A DNA stretch of 59,911 nt, filler included, from Catajapyx aquilonaris (Eukaryota): assembly GCA_000934665.2 (NCBI GenBank). It is 3 parts of 3 records of this genome, joined end to end, with 100 filler letters (N's around TTAATTAATTAA, not from the genome) between each part and the next. Parts side by side here need not be neighbours in the genome. Positions count along the whole stretch, not along the records: positions 39,997 to 59,911 come from JYFJ02006369.1; 2 more parts are not named here. The stretch is one strand, 5' to 3'. The notes beneath the pieces are model-generated. The model was not told the origin of the DNA and made no database searches. It was given only the letters and a program-made list of their open reading frames with translations. This document shows positions 40,635 through 52,143 of this stretch, piece after piece (position 1 is the stretch's first letter; every line of letters begins with the position of its first letter). Made by a program: the position numbers and the translations under genes.

Positions 40635-40880
40635 GGTGTTAACTGACAGGAAACCAAAGTGTTCCTTCCAACACCTGAGGCACATCCCTTTAAATTCCGA
40701 AAATGATTCTATGTCGCTGGAACAGTGGTCCTCGTATATTTTCCGCAGGTTTCGGTCGCATTGTTTGAATATGAACAGCATGGAAGCATTGTCTCTTATG
40801 AGGGCTGCTGGGACTCGGGTATAGGTCTGCGCCAGGTAGAAACAGCTCACGGCCCGATGGCGACCATGTGTAAAACATGT
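40635..40880 (-). pseudogene. Polinton/adintovirus A32-like packaging ATPase, C-terminal fragment
   Basis: HGRHRAVSCFYLAQTYTRVPAALIRDNASMLFIFKQ...FKGMCLRCWKEHFGFL. Confidence 0.85.
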
Positions 40881-40884
40881 GGGT

Positions 40885-41150
40885 AACGCAGGTCTGTTTG
40901 GGGTCTACATAGATAAATTCCTGAAGATGATGAAGCAGGAAGCCTCCGGATGGCCTGATTGGTGCAAGACATCTGATGACCATGAGAAGTATGTGGCAGA
41001 CTACATGGCTCGCGAGGGAGTGACTCTCGAATCAGGCAAGATCATCAAGAATTCTGGTCTGAGGACACTGGCAAAACTGCTGTTGGGCGATATGCAATGA
41101 ACCCGGCCAAACCACGCACTAAGGCTGTACATACAGCGGAGCAGTTGTGG
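40885..41150 (+). pseudogene. Polinton/adintovirus protein-primed family B DNA polymerase fragment
   Basis: LFGVYIDKFLKMMKQEASGWPDWC...EGVTLE...KNSGLRTLAKLLL, then frameshifted RYAMNP. Confidence 0.9.
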
Positions 41151-41689
41151 GGGGTCCTGCTACAAAGCTCTACGCCCGATATCTCGACTCACAATTTTCC
41201 ACGGAATGCTGGGACGATCATGTGAACTGTGCCGAGGAGCATGAAGCCCAGCGGCGGTGGCAGTGGAACCGGTCTATGGTCCAGGCCCTTACCGGGAAAA
41301 TTACCCCTCCATGTACAGTGGAACGGGTGGCATCTGTAGTCGGAGAAGAAGAGATGGAGGTGGAGGAGGGAGATGGTACGGCTGGTGTTGACGACGACGA
41401 TGATTTTTACGTAGGGGAATACCACCTCTATGTTGAAGGAGAAGAAGTAGACGAAGTTGAAGTGATATTAGAAGAAGAAGAAGGTGTTGGAGAAGGAAAA
41501 GTCGAAGAGTCAGCGGGTGGTTGTGAATTCCCCATCCCTCGCAGGAGCCATCCCACCCGAATTGAGGGGATACTTCGGGTGCCGACAGCGAGACCAGCCA
41601 TTCTCCCACCCTGGCCATCGGTAGACGATGACAGTCACATATTCTCACGCCTTCGTCGTCCTCGTCGTCGTCGACCGACATCTGAGTGA
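41147..41689 (+). CDS. Unknown acidic ORF with basic tail
   Basis: 180 codons, E/D-rich centre and RLRRPRRRR tail; no family recognised, no ATG start. Confidence 0.3.
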   Translation: MGGPATKLYARYLDSQFSTECWDDHVNCAEEHEAQRRWQWNRSMVQALTGKITPPCTVERVASVVGEEEMEVEEGDGTAGVDDDDDFYVGEYHLYVEGEEVDEVEVILEEEEGVGEGKVEESAGGCEFPIPRRSHPTRIEGILRVPTARPAILPPWPSVDDDSHIFSRLRRPRRRRPTSE

Positions 41690-42180
41690 AGACCCTGGTT
41701 TGACGAGATGTGGTAATAACCATAGGTGCATAGTTGATGTACAGGATCAAACATAAGCTGTTAATAAAGTTAGTAACATTGTTTTGAGCAGACATTTGAA
41801 ATATCGCTTGTTTTTTCCCTTACACATTAAATTTGGTTATTTGCAGATGTACGGATTGTAGGATTGGTTTGAATGTAAGGACGCTATCTAGTCGCGAAAA
41901 AAAATATGCTGGAGTTGCATGATACACCTTGACATTACATCTTAATGACCTTACAGCGTTGAATGGGTTTTTGGGTGATTCACTTTCAGATGGAGGGGTT
42001 TAGATAAATCCTCGAAAGAGTACAGCCTGAAAGGATATAGGTCTCCTAGGAGTTAATCTTTAGAGTATAACGCACACTGTTATACCACCTGATTATTCTG
42101 AGTTGAAAAGAAAGTCCGGTATATACGTGTATTAAATAATTAGAGGAGAGTACCTTCTGCTGATATTAGGTGTTAATAAA

Positions 42181-42489
42181 AATTGTATCACGGGCCATTA
42201 TTTGGTATACCACGATTATAGCGTGGTGTTGCAAACAGGCGACGGGCAAGAGCCAACCCCTAGGGGGAGTCTATCTTTGTAATCTGTGGTCACCCTCGGC
42301 GAGCGGCGTACGGTGGTACTAACCCGTGAAGATGGAAGAAAACTTCTAGTAGACCCCCTGCGACTCAGAACCGGCCATGGAACATGCATACTTGTGAAAC
42401 CTCCGACTCCTAGTAAGTGGTTTTTTGAGATCCCTAAAGACAATTTCTCCCCGGGTGTCGGTATTGTTTTGATATTTCAAAGAGTTTAA
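42181..42489 (+). pseudogene. Unknown protein family, copy A
   Basis: Protein-level homology to 48173-48466; in-frame stop at 42280-42282. Confidence 0.65.
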
Positions 42490-42784
42490 TATAATTGTGC
42501 ACATGAAAGTAAAATCGGATGTTTTTTTCCACCTTATATTCATTTTCAGGTGTAAGGATTTGATTGACTTAAGGATTAGGAGATTAAGGGTTTAAGGCTC
42601 TTGTCCGTCGTCTGTTTGGAATGTTGTCGTCTCACTACGTCACTGATTCTAGCTCTACTCTTGCTAAGTTGGATTTGTCAGAGCCAATGCTTGGAATGTT
42701 GACCCGCCCACTACGCCATGCAAATATGCGAATATGCTAATATACAGTCGTATGAAAAGCGTCAATTACAATGGTGTAATTCCT

Positions 42785-45700
42785 GGTGATTGCAGAATTT
42801 AAAGTCATTGCATGTGTGATGGGCATCCAGGGTGGATATGTTAAATACGAAATACCCGTGTTACCACTGCCTGTGGGATAGCCGGGCAGATGACCTACAT
42901 TTCAAGCAGCGAGACTGGCCTGACAGGACGGATTTCACCGAAGGGGAGTTCAACATCCAAAACTCACCGCTCGTCGAAGGATTACAAATCCTAATGTCCC
43001 CACTGCATTTAAAATTAGGATTGATGAAACAATTCGTGAAGGTGTTAGACCAAGATATGTTTCAGCTGAAACGAAAGTTACATTTTCAAGCTAGCTCGAA
43101 AATTTTAATACGACCGCATATTTAAATGATCCTAACTTGCGACATACCCTTTTTTGTTTACAGAGTAAAGAGCATTTAAATACCTGCAAACTCTCTTCCT
43201 TCGCCTATCTGACAAGCAAACCTCCTAGGTGTGGGGATCTACTTTTTGCTGAAACTTTCAGGAATGATTAAGACTAGCTTCAGGATCACTATGGCATAGT
43301 CCAAACCTCTGTAAAATTCCCAGAATCCTCAGAAATTAACTCCAAACCTAATAATTGTGGGAAGCTACTTTTTGCTGAAACTTTCAGGAATGATTAAGAC
43401 TAGCTTCAGGATCACTCTGGCATAGTCCAAACCGCTATAAAATTCCCAGGAGCCCCAAATATTTGGTCCGAATTTGCAACCTTTTTGTGTAGCGTCTTTC
43501 CCAATGCTTGATTTTCCGCCTGAAATATCGGGTTTTTCACGATTTAGAAAAGAAAATCTGGTTTTTGGAACAGTCGGGAGGGAAAGGATGAAAGCGATTC
43601 TATTAATAATAACCCCCCCTAGAGAAACACAGCTAGTCCCCCCTTTCTTTGCTGCACGTGTTCATCTCTGCATCCGCACCTGATCAGCCAGTTGGCCTCA
43701 CTGGCTGTCACTTGGCAGCTGCTTTCTTTGCCCTCTTCCTCGTAATTCTGTGACTCCAATTTGCTTCTTTTGTGTCCTTATCACACCCCTCCTGAACATG
43801 TCCGAAAATCCAGGATCAGCTTTGTTCAGTGACCAAACGGCCCTTATTAGCGCAATCGACCGATCCTGACCAGATCACGACCAGAAGCAAAGGCAGGACA
43901 CCACGCATCATAAACATTACCAAAGTTATTGCGTTGATCTGCCAGAAGCACCGTGTGTCGATGACCCGTCTCCAAGCGCTCATTAATGAAAACATCGATG
44001 TCAACCAGTACGAAGACCTAGAGGTTTTCCTGGACCAAATCCTATATCCAGGAATGGTCAAGATGGGTGTCACCAAGAGTCTCCTTCTCTGCGACTCTTG
44101 GAGTAGCAACAAAAATAGTGAACTCTTCCAGCGTGTCGCCACCAGGTATGATACACCCGCCAGCTCGAGGTGGAACGGCTGATCATTCCCGCTGGCACCA
44201 CCACCGGAATGATTCAGCCGCTGGACGTGTACTACTTTCGCCCATACAAGAGATTTGTACGGCACATAACTGATTCTATGGATATTGACGAGAAGGTCTG
44301 GCAGCGGGAGCGCTACATGAAGCTTCATGCTCTTGCACACTTCCAGTTCCAAGCGCCACGCTTCCAGAATATGGTCAAGTAAGCATTCTGGAAGTGTGGA
44401 TATACTCCCGAGCGACCTGAAGCCTTTGAAGAGACCCCGGTACAGTACTGTTTGGACTTTGACAGTCTTTGTGACTGCGCCGAAGATATCTGCACCGAGG
44501 TTTCCGAGTTCCGCTGTGCGCACTGTAAGAAATGCTTCTGCTTCCATCACTGTTTGTTGGAAAAGGTGCATGATGCAGCGAACTGTGGGACCTATTAAGT
44601 TGGGTAACTGACAGTTTTTGTATAATAATAAATTACCAACTTTGTCCACATAAACTTATGTTTAAAACAGCTCACAGTCAAACAAAGTAGAGTGCTTGCT
44701 GTTAGGCTGCACGGAGAGGGCATTTGGGTTCACCTTTTCATATAGGCGATTGCAAGTGTCAGTTTGGGCGGCAGACCCAATCGTACGCCCGGACTTTCGA
44801 CGCAATCTCGGGGGCTCCTGGGAATTTTATAGCGGTTTGGACTATGCCAGAGTGATCCTGAAGCTAGTCTTAATCATTCCTGAAAGTTTCAGCAAAAAGT
44901 AGCTTCCCACAATTATTAGGTTTGGAGTTAATTTCTGAGGATTCTGGGAATTTTACAGAGGTTTGGACTATGCCAGAGTGATCCTGAAGCTAGGCTTAAT
45001 CATTCCTGAAAGTTTCAGCAAAAAGTAGATCCCCACACCTAGGAGGTTTGCTTGTGAGGCACAAGTTAAAGGTGGGATCTTCATCTGCCCTCAAATAAAC
45101 ACAGCTCTAAAATCGGAGGAGTTTCTCAAAAAACTCAAACCAAAGGAGAAGAAAGCCTGGAGAAGTTTTGGAGACATTGTAGAAAACTTCCTTGGGAACA
45201 ACAAAGCGGACAACTACGAGAAGATTGTCAACGATTTAGTCCTCAACTACGGGGACATGGGCTGCTGAATCACACATCAGCAATTTTTTAACAATTTTGC
45301 ACAATTTTTTTTTTTTGAAAAATTCACCCCCTCCCACCCCACCCCCAATTTCGCGAGTCCTAAGGGATGAAATGAAAGGAACTACGGTCCAAATCAACCA
45401 AATGGGTCTAAGTAACAAGTGGGCAAAGTTGTTTGCTTTTATCACAAAATGCAGTTTTCTGTTGATATTTTCATCGTACCGCGGGGACTATATCATTTTG
45501 AGGGATATAAGAGAGTCTCAGCAAACACTCCCCCCCCCCTCCCCAAATGAAGTCAGAGAATAGGACACATGGTCGTAACAGCATTTAAGCCTGCGGGAAA
45601 CAAGCCTTTCTGGCACGAGTTATAATTAGGAAACAGTTCAGCAGAGGCGCAAAGGTCCAAACCGTTGACCCGAGAGACCACGATCTATGATTTCTTAGCG

Positions 45701-46534
45701 TGAGATGCAGTTGCTTGCGGACCTTATTGTATAGTACAGACCGTTGCCACAGGCGTGCTTTTTGATGTCGCCAAAATCGACTGTTGGTACCATCTTGGGA
45801 ACAATGACAAAAAATTTCTGATTTCGCTGCAGGGAAAGGCATGGAGAGATTAGTTCATAAAATTCGGAGGAGCAATTTTTTTTGCTACTTGCCCTTGAGC
45901 TTGTCGAGAATATATTTCGTCAGGATAATACTGTGAGTTCTGCTTGTCCTATTATTACGACTTTTTCTTTATTGATTCGCAGACGTACAACTTCTGGTAG
46001 TTATTGTTACTGTATGAGGATGTAGACATTTAAAATCAACTGCATATTAATATCGTATGATAGTACTGTAGGGTGGTTCCATTTCAGATCAGCCAGTGAG
46101 TGAAAAAAGGTGTCAGGTCCTAGTCATCGATTTTTTTGAAAAAAATATATGTGAAACCAACATCCAATTGAACTCTTATGGAGCAATCAGTTTTACTAGA
46201 TTAAATTTAGTTATCGAGATATTAATATTTCTTTGAAGGGGTACCAAAATCACAATCACGCGAAGACGCACTTTTTCCCGCTTTTTCCATTGCTTTCAAT
46301 TAGGAAAACTTCCTAGACGCCCACCTCGACATATGTAAGGACAATATGGGTGCCTACTCTGAGGAACATGGTGAGCGGTTCCATCAGGATATCAAGCAGT
46401 TCGAGTCACGATATCAAGGCCAGTACAGATTCAACATGCTCGGCGATTACATTTGGAACTTTAGGGAGAACTTTAGGGAGAGCGATCTCGAACACAAGAG
46501 GAAGTCCTCAAAAACTGCCCGTTTTGACGTGTGA
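42785..46534 (+). pseudogene. Chapaev (CMC)-type transposase split into pieces (42785-43050, 43163-43212, 45055-45266, 46306-46534)
   Basis: TKYPCYHCLWDSR, PLHLKLGLMKQFVK, LSEAQVKGGIFICPQI, ENFLGNNKADNY, GAYSEEHGERFHQDI. Confidence 0.85.
43213..45054 (+). mobile_element. Tc4/Tc5-like DNA transposon with ~245-bp TIRs and a degraded transposase (~43990-44600)
   Basis: TIR starts CAAG; TGA duplicated within a CTGAG target; LLLCDSWS, TTGMIQPLDVYYFRPYK and C-terminal Cys/His cluster. Confidence 0.85.
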
Positions 46535-47319
46535 ATGTTAAATAAACAGACAACTGTTGTTAAGACGTACCAAATGCACTCGAATTACTAAATTGTAAGC
46601 CCTGTACCTCCACACCACCCGTAAACGAAGGCTACCATCTTTCTTTAAGTGTTTGCAAAAGATCGTAAATTAATGTTCAACTCCAAGCAGCAGAAGGAGT
46701 CCAGAAAGGTTTGTATCCACATAACATATTTACCTGATGCTTATGTTCCTATACTTGTGGTAATCACAGAACAGGCCTAAATACAATGCAAGGTTCATTA
46801 ATCCTAGATCATGTCAAAATATTTTCTTATGTGTGCCCAACAACACGCACCATGTGTTAGTGAATGTGCTATCTTTCTTCTTGCTACATGCGTACTTCTC
46901 CGCATGTTGTGTAGTGTTGTTCTTAAGAATTCTTACTTTCATGCAATATGTCATTATATTTTCATCACGTCACTCTGCAATTCATTTTTGAATGAAGATC
47001 TGATATGCAACATGATACAAGGCACACTAGAACCAGAGTTCTTGCGAGAACAATTACCCTTTAGCATAATGTGGAGATCACTGAGTGAATTGATTTTAAG
47101 CAACTAAAGTATCTGACTTGGATCATCCTGTATCTCAGATGTTCATTCATTGTCGTGGAGCTTAACTGAATACCGAGTTCCAATGCAGTATGTAAGGCAC
47201 ATAAAGTGTAATGCAATAAGTGCACAGAACCTACTTATATTCAATGTAGGCCTCTCTCAGAGTCCTGGTAGGTTCCTGTCTTATCTTAATGTAGATTCTA
47301 CTATGTAGCGAAAATTGGC

Positions 47320-47810
47320 TCGCTGACATATTTGGAAAATGAGTGAAATTACGATGTCTTTGCAGGGGAAAACTATAACAACTTTCTCAGCCCAAGACAA
47401 AATAAAATCACATCACTGAAGACCAAAATTAATTTTTTTGATGGATTGTATTGAAGAAGAAACATTTGGTCTTTTGGATCAGTTTGTCAGAGAAGATGAA
47501 TTGCAAATCGGAGATGATGTTAAAAGAAAATATTTGTCAGCATTTGAAGCTACTCGAGCAATCTCTGTCAGAGTACTTCCCAGACACAAACCTGGATACT
47601 GACTGGGTACGAAACCCATTTGAAGTTCGTCAGAAACCTCCTTCGTTTTCTGTACCAGTGTATGAGAAGTTCATTGAACTTACATGCGATTCAAATTTAA
47701 AAGCCAAATTTGCGTCCATGTCACTGAATGAATTTTGGGTTGGATTGCTCTGAGTACCCAACCATACCCAAAAGAGCAGTTCTCACCCTTCTCCCTTTTG
47801 TAACGACCTA
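47320..47810 (+). pseudogene. hAT Buster-type transposase fragment
   Basis: LADIF..SLQGK, YFPD..WVRNPF, EFW..EYPTI..LLPFVTTY. Confidence 0.85.
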
Positions 47811-48172
47811 TAGATTGAAGGGAAACAATCGAGCCAGTCATGAGATGATGTGCAATATGTGTGGAATGAAGTTACTGAGTAAGAATGAAAGAAAAAATTA
47901 TTTATTTGAAGAAGTTAAGGGAGTCAGTTTGGCTCAGGTCTTACTGAGAGGATGTCAGAATGGGAAGTACCTAGTTTCGGCCAATTTCCTCCGAGCTTGG
48001 TCGGTCAAGATGATAGATGGACAGAAAGTCATTGATCAAATTCACAGCTGTTGGTTATGTAGCGGCTTAAGAGCATAACATTTTTCTGGTTATATGAAGA
48101 TTGGGGAGGTTTGGGATGAGGTATATTTCGATTACCATCTGAGCAAACACGCTAGATCCCCTGACGAAATAT

Positions 48173-48466
48173 CAGTTTAACTTTGTGTTGGCGAATCGAT
48201 TGTCTAACGGTCGGTATAGCATTGCACTGCATAAAGAGGTGAGTGCGAACGCTTCGGAGGCCTTTGCTATTGTCACCTTGGGGAGTCGACGCTCTGTAAT
48301 AATGACGTCAAAAGATGCTGTAAAATTTCACTTGGAGCCTCTGGTTATGAAATCAGCGATTGGTCATTGTATTATTGTGAAACCCCCTACTGCAACCTTA
48401 TGGTATCTCGAGGTGCCTGAAGACAGCTGTGGGGTTTCTATTGTATTAATTTTACAACAGGTGTAA
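48173..48466 (+). pseudogene. Unknown protein family, copy B (possibly extending upstream to ~47840 across a frameshift)
   Basis: Protein-level homology to 42181-42489. Confidence 0.65.
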
Positions 48467-49141
48467 TAAAATGCCCGTAGAAAAGAGTCACCAAAATTTG
48501 TATAATATTTCATACCGCACCTTATTTTTGTCATTTTTCAGAAATACAAACGTCACTTTCTGCATTTTCAACATTTTCTGCATTTTTCTGGGTTAGGAGT
48601 TGCTGGGTTACCTGCTGACCGGATACTGGATGGTGTAGATGGCTAGCTAAATCCGGAAGGGAAAGTGCATTCTCTAAGGATAAGTTCAAACGTAGATTTA
48701 TCTCCACTCAAACCACTTGCGCTTATTCGAGTTCAGGTTAAAGCATACACCCCCACCAGAACTATATAAACGCATTCCTGCGTTGCTTCGACCTTCATTC
48801 TCAGTTTGGTATCACGCAGTGGTAGCTTCTCATCCTCAGAAGCTGTTCCTTCGGTAAAAGTGAGTAACATCTTCCATACGATAATTTTCGTGCAGTGAAA
48901 ACATATACTCGCATCGCATGTCCTTAGATCTCAGTAAATATCTAGGTCCTGATCGCAAGGCGTTAGATAGGCGTATTCTAGTGTGCAGGAATATTTTGAA
49001 TGAGTAAAGATTTTTACACAAAGTGAAGAGTTCATAAGATATCAAGGTGTAAACATTTTCGTGATTTGCAGTGACTTTTTATTCCTCGCAATATAAAAGT
49101 AATATTGTATACGCTTTGATCACATTTCTTAGATGGGCCTT

Positions 49142-49399
49142 AGATAAAAGAATTGCAGGTGTAATTAGCCAAAGAGGCCTTACCACCTGTGGGCAACAAT
49201 CCAACAATGTCCGGCTCCCAGATCCATAGAGTCTGGGGCCGGGGCATACGAAACGTTCCAAGTCAATATTGTCCCAAGGATGAACCGGAGCCGAAGCCCC
49301 AGGCCCCCGGAACCAGCATTAGCCCAAGCCCCCCTGGGCCAGCGCCCAGGGGGACCAAACCTCCTACCCACGCACACCAACAGCCCAAGAAACAACCAC
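49142..49399 (+). repeat. Direct repeat, copy 1 (copy 2 at 59653-59911)
   Basis: ~258 bp with only a handful of differences. Confidence 0.95.
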
Positions 49400-49508
49400 G
49401 AATATTGTAACCAATAACAGAAAATAAAGAAAAGAGAACCCTCTCAGACCCCACAACCCCACAACTGCAAAAGACATACAACCCCCCCCCCCCCCAANCA
49501 ACCCTCCA

Positions 49509-50119
49509 ATGCTCTCCCGCCAACTCCAATCGCGGCCGACGACATCAATCATGGATCGAGAACAGAAACTTGTCAGCCGCCAAACAGAAACGACTAAGTG
49601 ACGCCCAGTGAAATTATTGTTCATTACTATGGGTAACAAATGATGCCTTCTCAAGACACCATTCTCCATACATGGGTATTGGGATGTAGACTCCTACTCA
49701 TGCAATGAGACAGAAATAGGGCATCTTGAGAACCTGCTCGAGAGTAATACGACCTTCATCAGAGACACCCAGTGATTTCCGCCAAGCGACATCTACGGAT
49801 GCTGCAACTTCCAAGCACATGAGTTTTGTTACCATCATAACAAAATGACCCCTCATGATTACATGAAGAAAATTGATGATATAAATCAACAATTTAACAA
49901 AGAAACATGGTACCCGTTCACATGGATCAAAAACAGGAACCAGTGTATAATTATACAATTATCCAACCAAAACAGACGTACCCCATCGGAAACACAACAC
50001 TGCAACTTCACTTCGTTGAATCCTGTCGAAGGGTTCCCCATTCCCATGAGAAGATATTCCAAGTCTCATCAGATGAAATGGGGGTCTTGGGTCTTCTTGG
50101 CTTTCGATTTTTGCGATGA
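49509..50119 (+). pseudogene. Disrupted unknown ORF directly upstream of the glycoprotein
   Basis: One reading frame broken only by three TGA codons (49599, 49641, 49773). Confidence 0.45.
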
Positions 50120-51963
50120 CTTTAACCGCCATCGATGGCTACCTATCCTTAGAAAAGTCTCAGATCTCAGTTGCCGACCTTTACAAATGCACAAAAAACA
50201 CAGAAAATCCGTACATCCACCCACTGTATAACTGCAGCGGAAAAATAGGATCAACAAGCCCTATTTTGCAGCAGCCATGGATGAAGTTGATTGGTGGATA
50301 CCAAGATCAATGGACATCCACGCTCAATACCTGTCAAGTACAGGTGGGTATCTGGTCTCTGGACACCTCTGCGTGGAACATAAACGTAACCTACTGTCAT
50401 GGTGTCGAGTACACCTCCAAGTATACCTATTGGTTTTTTGGGGGCGCAGACGGAGACCGTGAAGACAACCCCTGTGACGGTAGATGCAGTGTACTGTAAA
50501 AAAAATACATAAGGGAGCTAGATGAAAAGAGGGAAAATGGATACAAGGGGAACCAGATTGGAGAATTTGTTCATGCAAAACATGGCTGGACAGGAACATC
50601 AACAACAATCTCACGGATAATCATGATCTCCAATTTAACGGTAAGTATGGATCATTGGGATCTAAGCATAAAAACTCTGATCCCATTATCTGGACATTGT
50701 CTCTACAACCAAACTTATTGTTACACTGCGGATCATGGGGTCATGATATGGGAAACTATTCCAGATCCCAGTTGGAATAAAGACAAGTGCAATCACAAAC
50801 TAGATGACGTATTGACATGCCATGTGAGTCTCTCCAAGAATACCGTGGCCACTGTAATATGTCCCACCCATGACTCCATGTTTCGTGTAAATATGACAAG
50901 TGCACAGTTATTATGCAGTGTTTCTGACAAATCCATACAACAAAACCTCTGGACATCAATGGAGGGAAAAGTGATATCCTTTATTACCATGAAGGGTACT
51001 GGATGTTTTCTTTCTTCATTCAAGGTTCCAGTCAGCGAGACAGGCTGTTTTGACAAGAAGAAACTCAAGTATGAAGACCCGTTTGGGAATCTGGACCAAC
51101 AAAACTACGTGTACCTCAATATGGCAAAGGTGGATGGAAAGATGCTGGAGCTAATATATCAAACAATCATTATGGTGAGCAACAAGGCAAATCTGGATGC
51201 AAATTCAATAGATTCATCAGGAATTAAGGGACTGGAGATCAGCTGGTTCAACTCAACACATAGGATGTATAGCAAAAAGACATCTGGAACATTGATCCAA
51301 AGATTGTGTACACTGAGTTATGTGAAATGTCTAAAAATAAAAACGGGATTAGACAATGACAAATGTTTGAGGGCTGAGATAACGGATGGCACGATAGTGA
51401 GGTTTGATCCAACAAACATGATTATCGTGAATGAGGAATACGAGTGCCAGTCATATAAAGATTCTCTCCTCTTACTTAAAGACAACACGATTATGGACTT
51501 AACCACTGGGTCCACTGCAAACGGGGCTGTTTTGGCAAACCCTCATCTTCCTTCAATGGAGGTCAGCTCACACGCCTCCTTGACAGCATTAGACCTGGAT
51601 CGGATAAGTTCCCTATCTATGGTGTTCGACCAACTTAATGCACAGTCTCGGACCCTTATGGATGAGACAAACATGTTCCTCGAGCCGTCATTTGACAATG
51701 ACAAATACAAAACCTCTACAGACACCTCCTCAGGTCCATCATTAGAAGGTTGGAAGAACTGGTTATTAGGCCCACTGTGGTCCATATTTGCCTCCCTCAT
51801 CATAACTGTAATCATCATAATCATAACCATTGTCTTACTCAAGTTTGGGACCAAAATGATATTCTGTCCAAAAGACACCAGCTCAGAACATGAATACATT
51901 TATATGAAACCAAACCCACCCAGCAAGAAAGATTTGAACAGATCACACGATGCATTCAGATAA
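50078..51963 (+). pseudogene. Viral type I membrane glycoprotein (~630 aa reconstructed), class III / Mononegavirales-G-like
   Basis: Signal-peptide-like start (one frameshift), Cys-rich ectodomain with YTYWFFG and HGWTG loop-like motifs, several N-x-S/T sequons, C-terminal TM WSIFASLIITVIIIIITIVLL and short tail; compensating homopolymer frameshifts at ~50440 and ~50500; no introns. Confidence 0.75.
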
Positions 51964-52143
51964 TATAACATTTTTTTTAAAAAAAAAGTGTCTTGAGTGG
52001 AGTTGCTCAGGCGTTTGTACGTATGTTGTTTCTGAGTGCTTATAGATAAACTTTTTGAGTGTAATTGGTTAGGATAGTGTTGTTCAGACGGCACAAGTGT
52101 TAATAAAATTAGTCCAGCTTTCCTGAACTAATTTTATTATTTT

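Noticed and set aside
43213..43456. CRISPR-like or tandem array
   Set aside because: Two-unit internal repeat of a transposon TIR; eukaryotic context, no spacers or cas genes
43816..44649. 277-aa minus-strand ORF
   Set aside because: Antisense shadow of the Tc5-like transposase; no recognisable motifs
50078..51963. Glycoprotein as the GP64-like segment of the same orthomyxovirus as PB1
   Set aside because: No orthomyxovirus terminus after the stop and no GP64 motifs recognised; not excluded without a profile search
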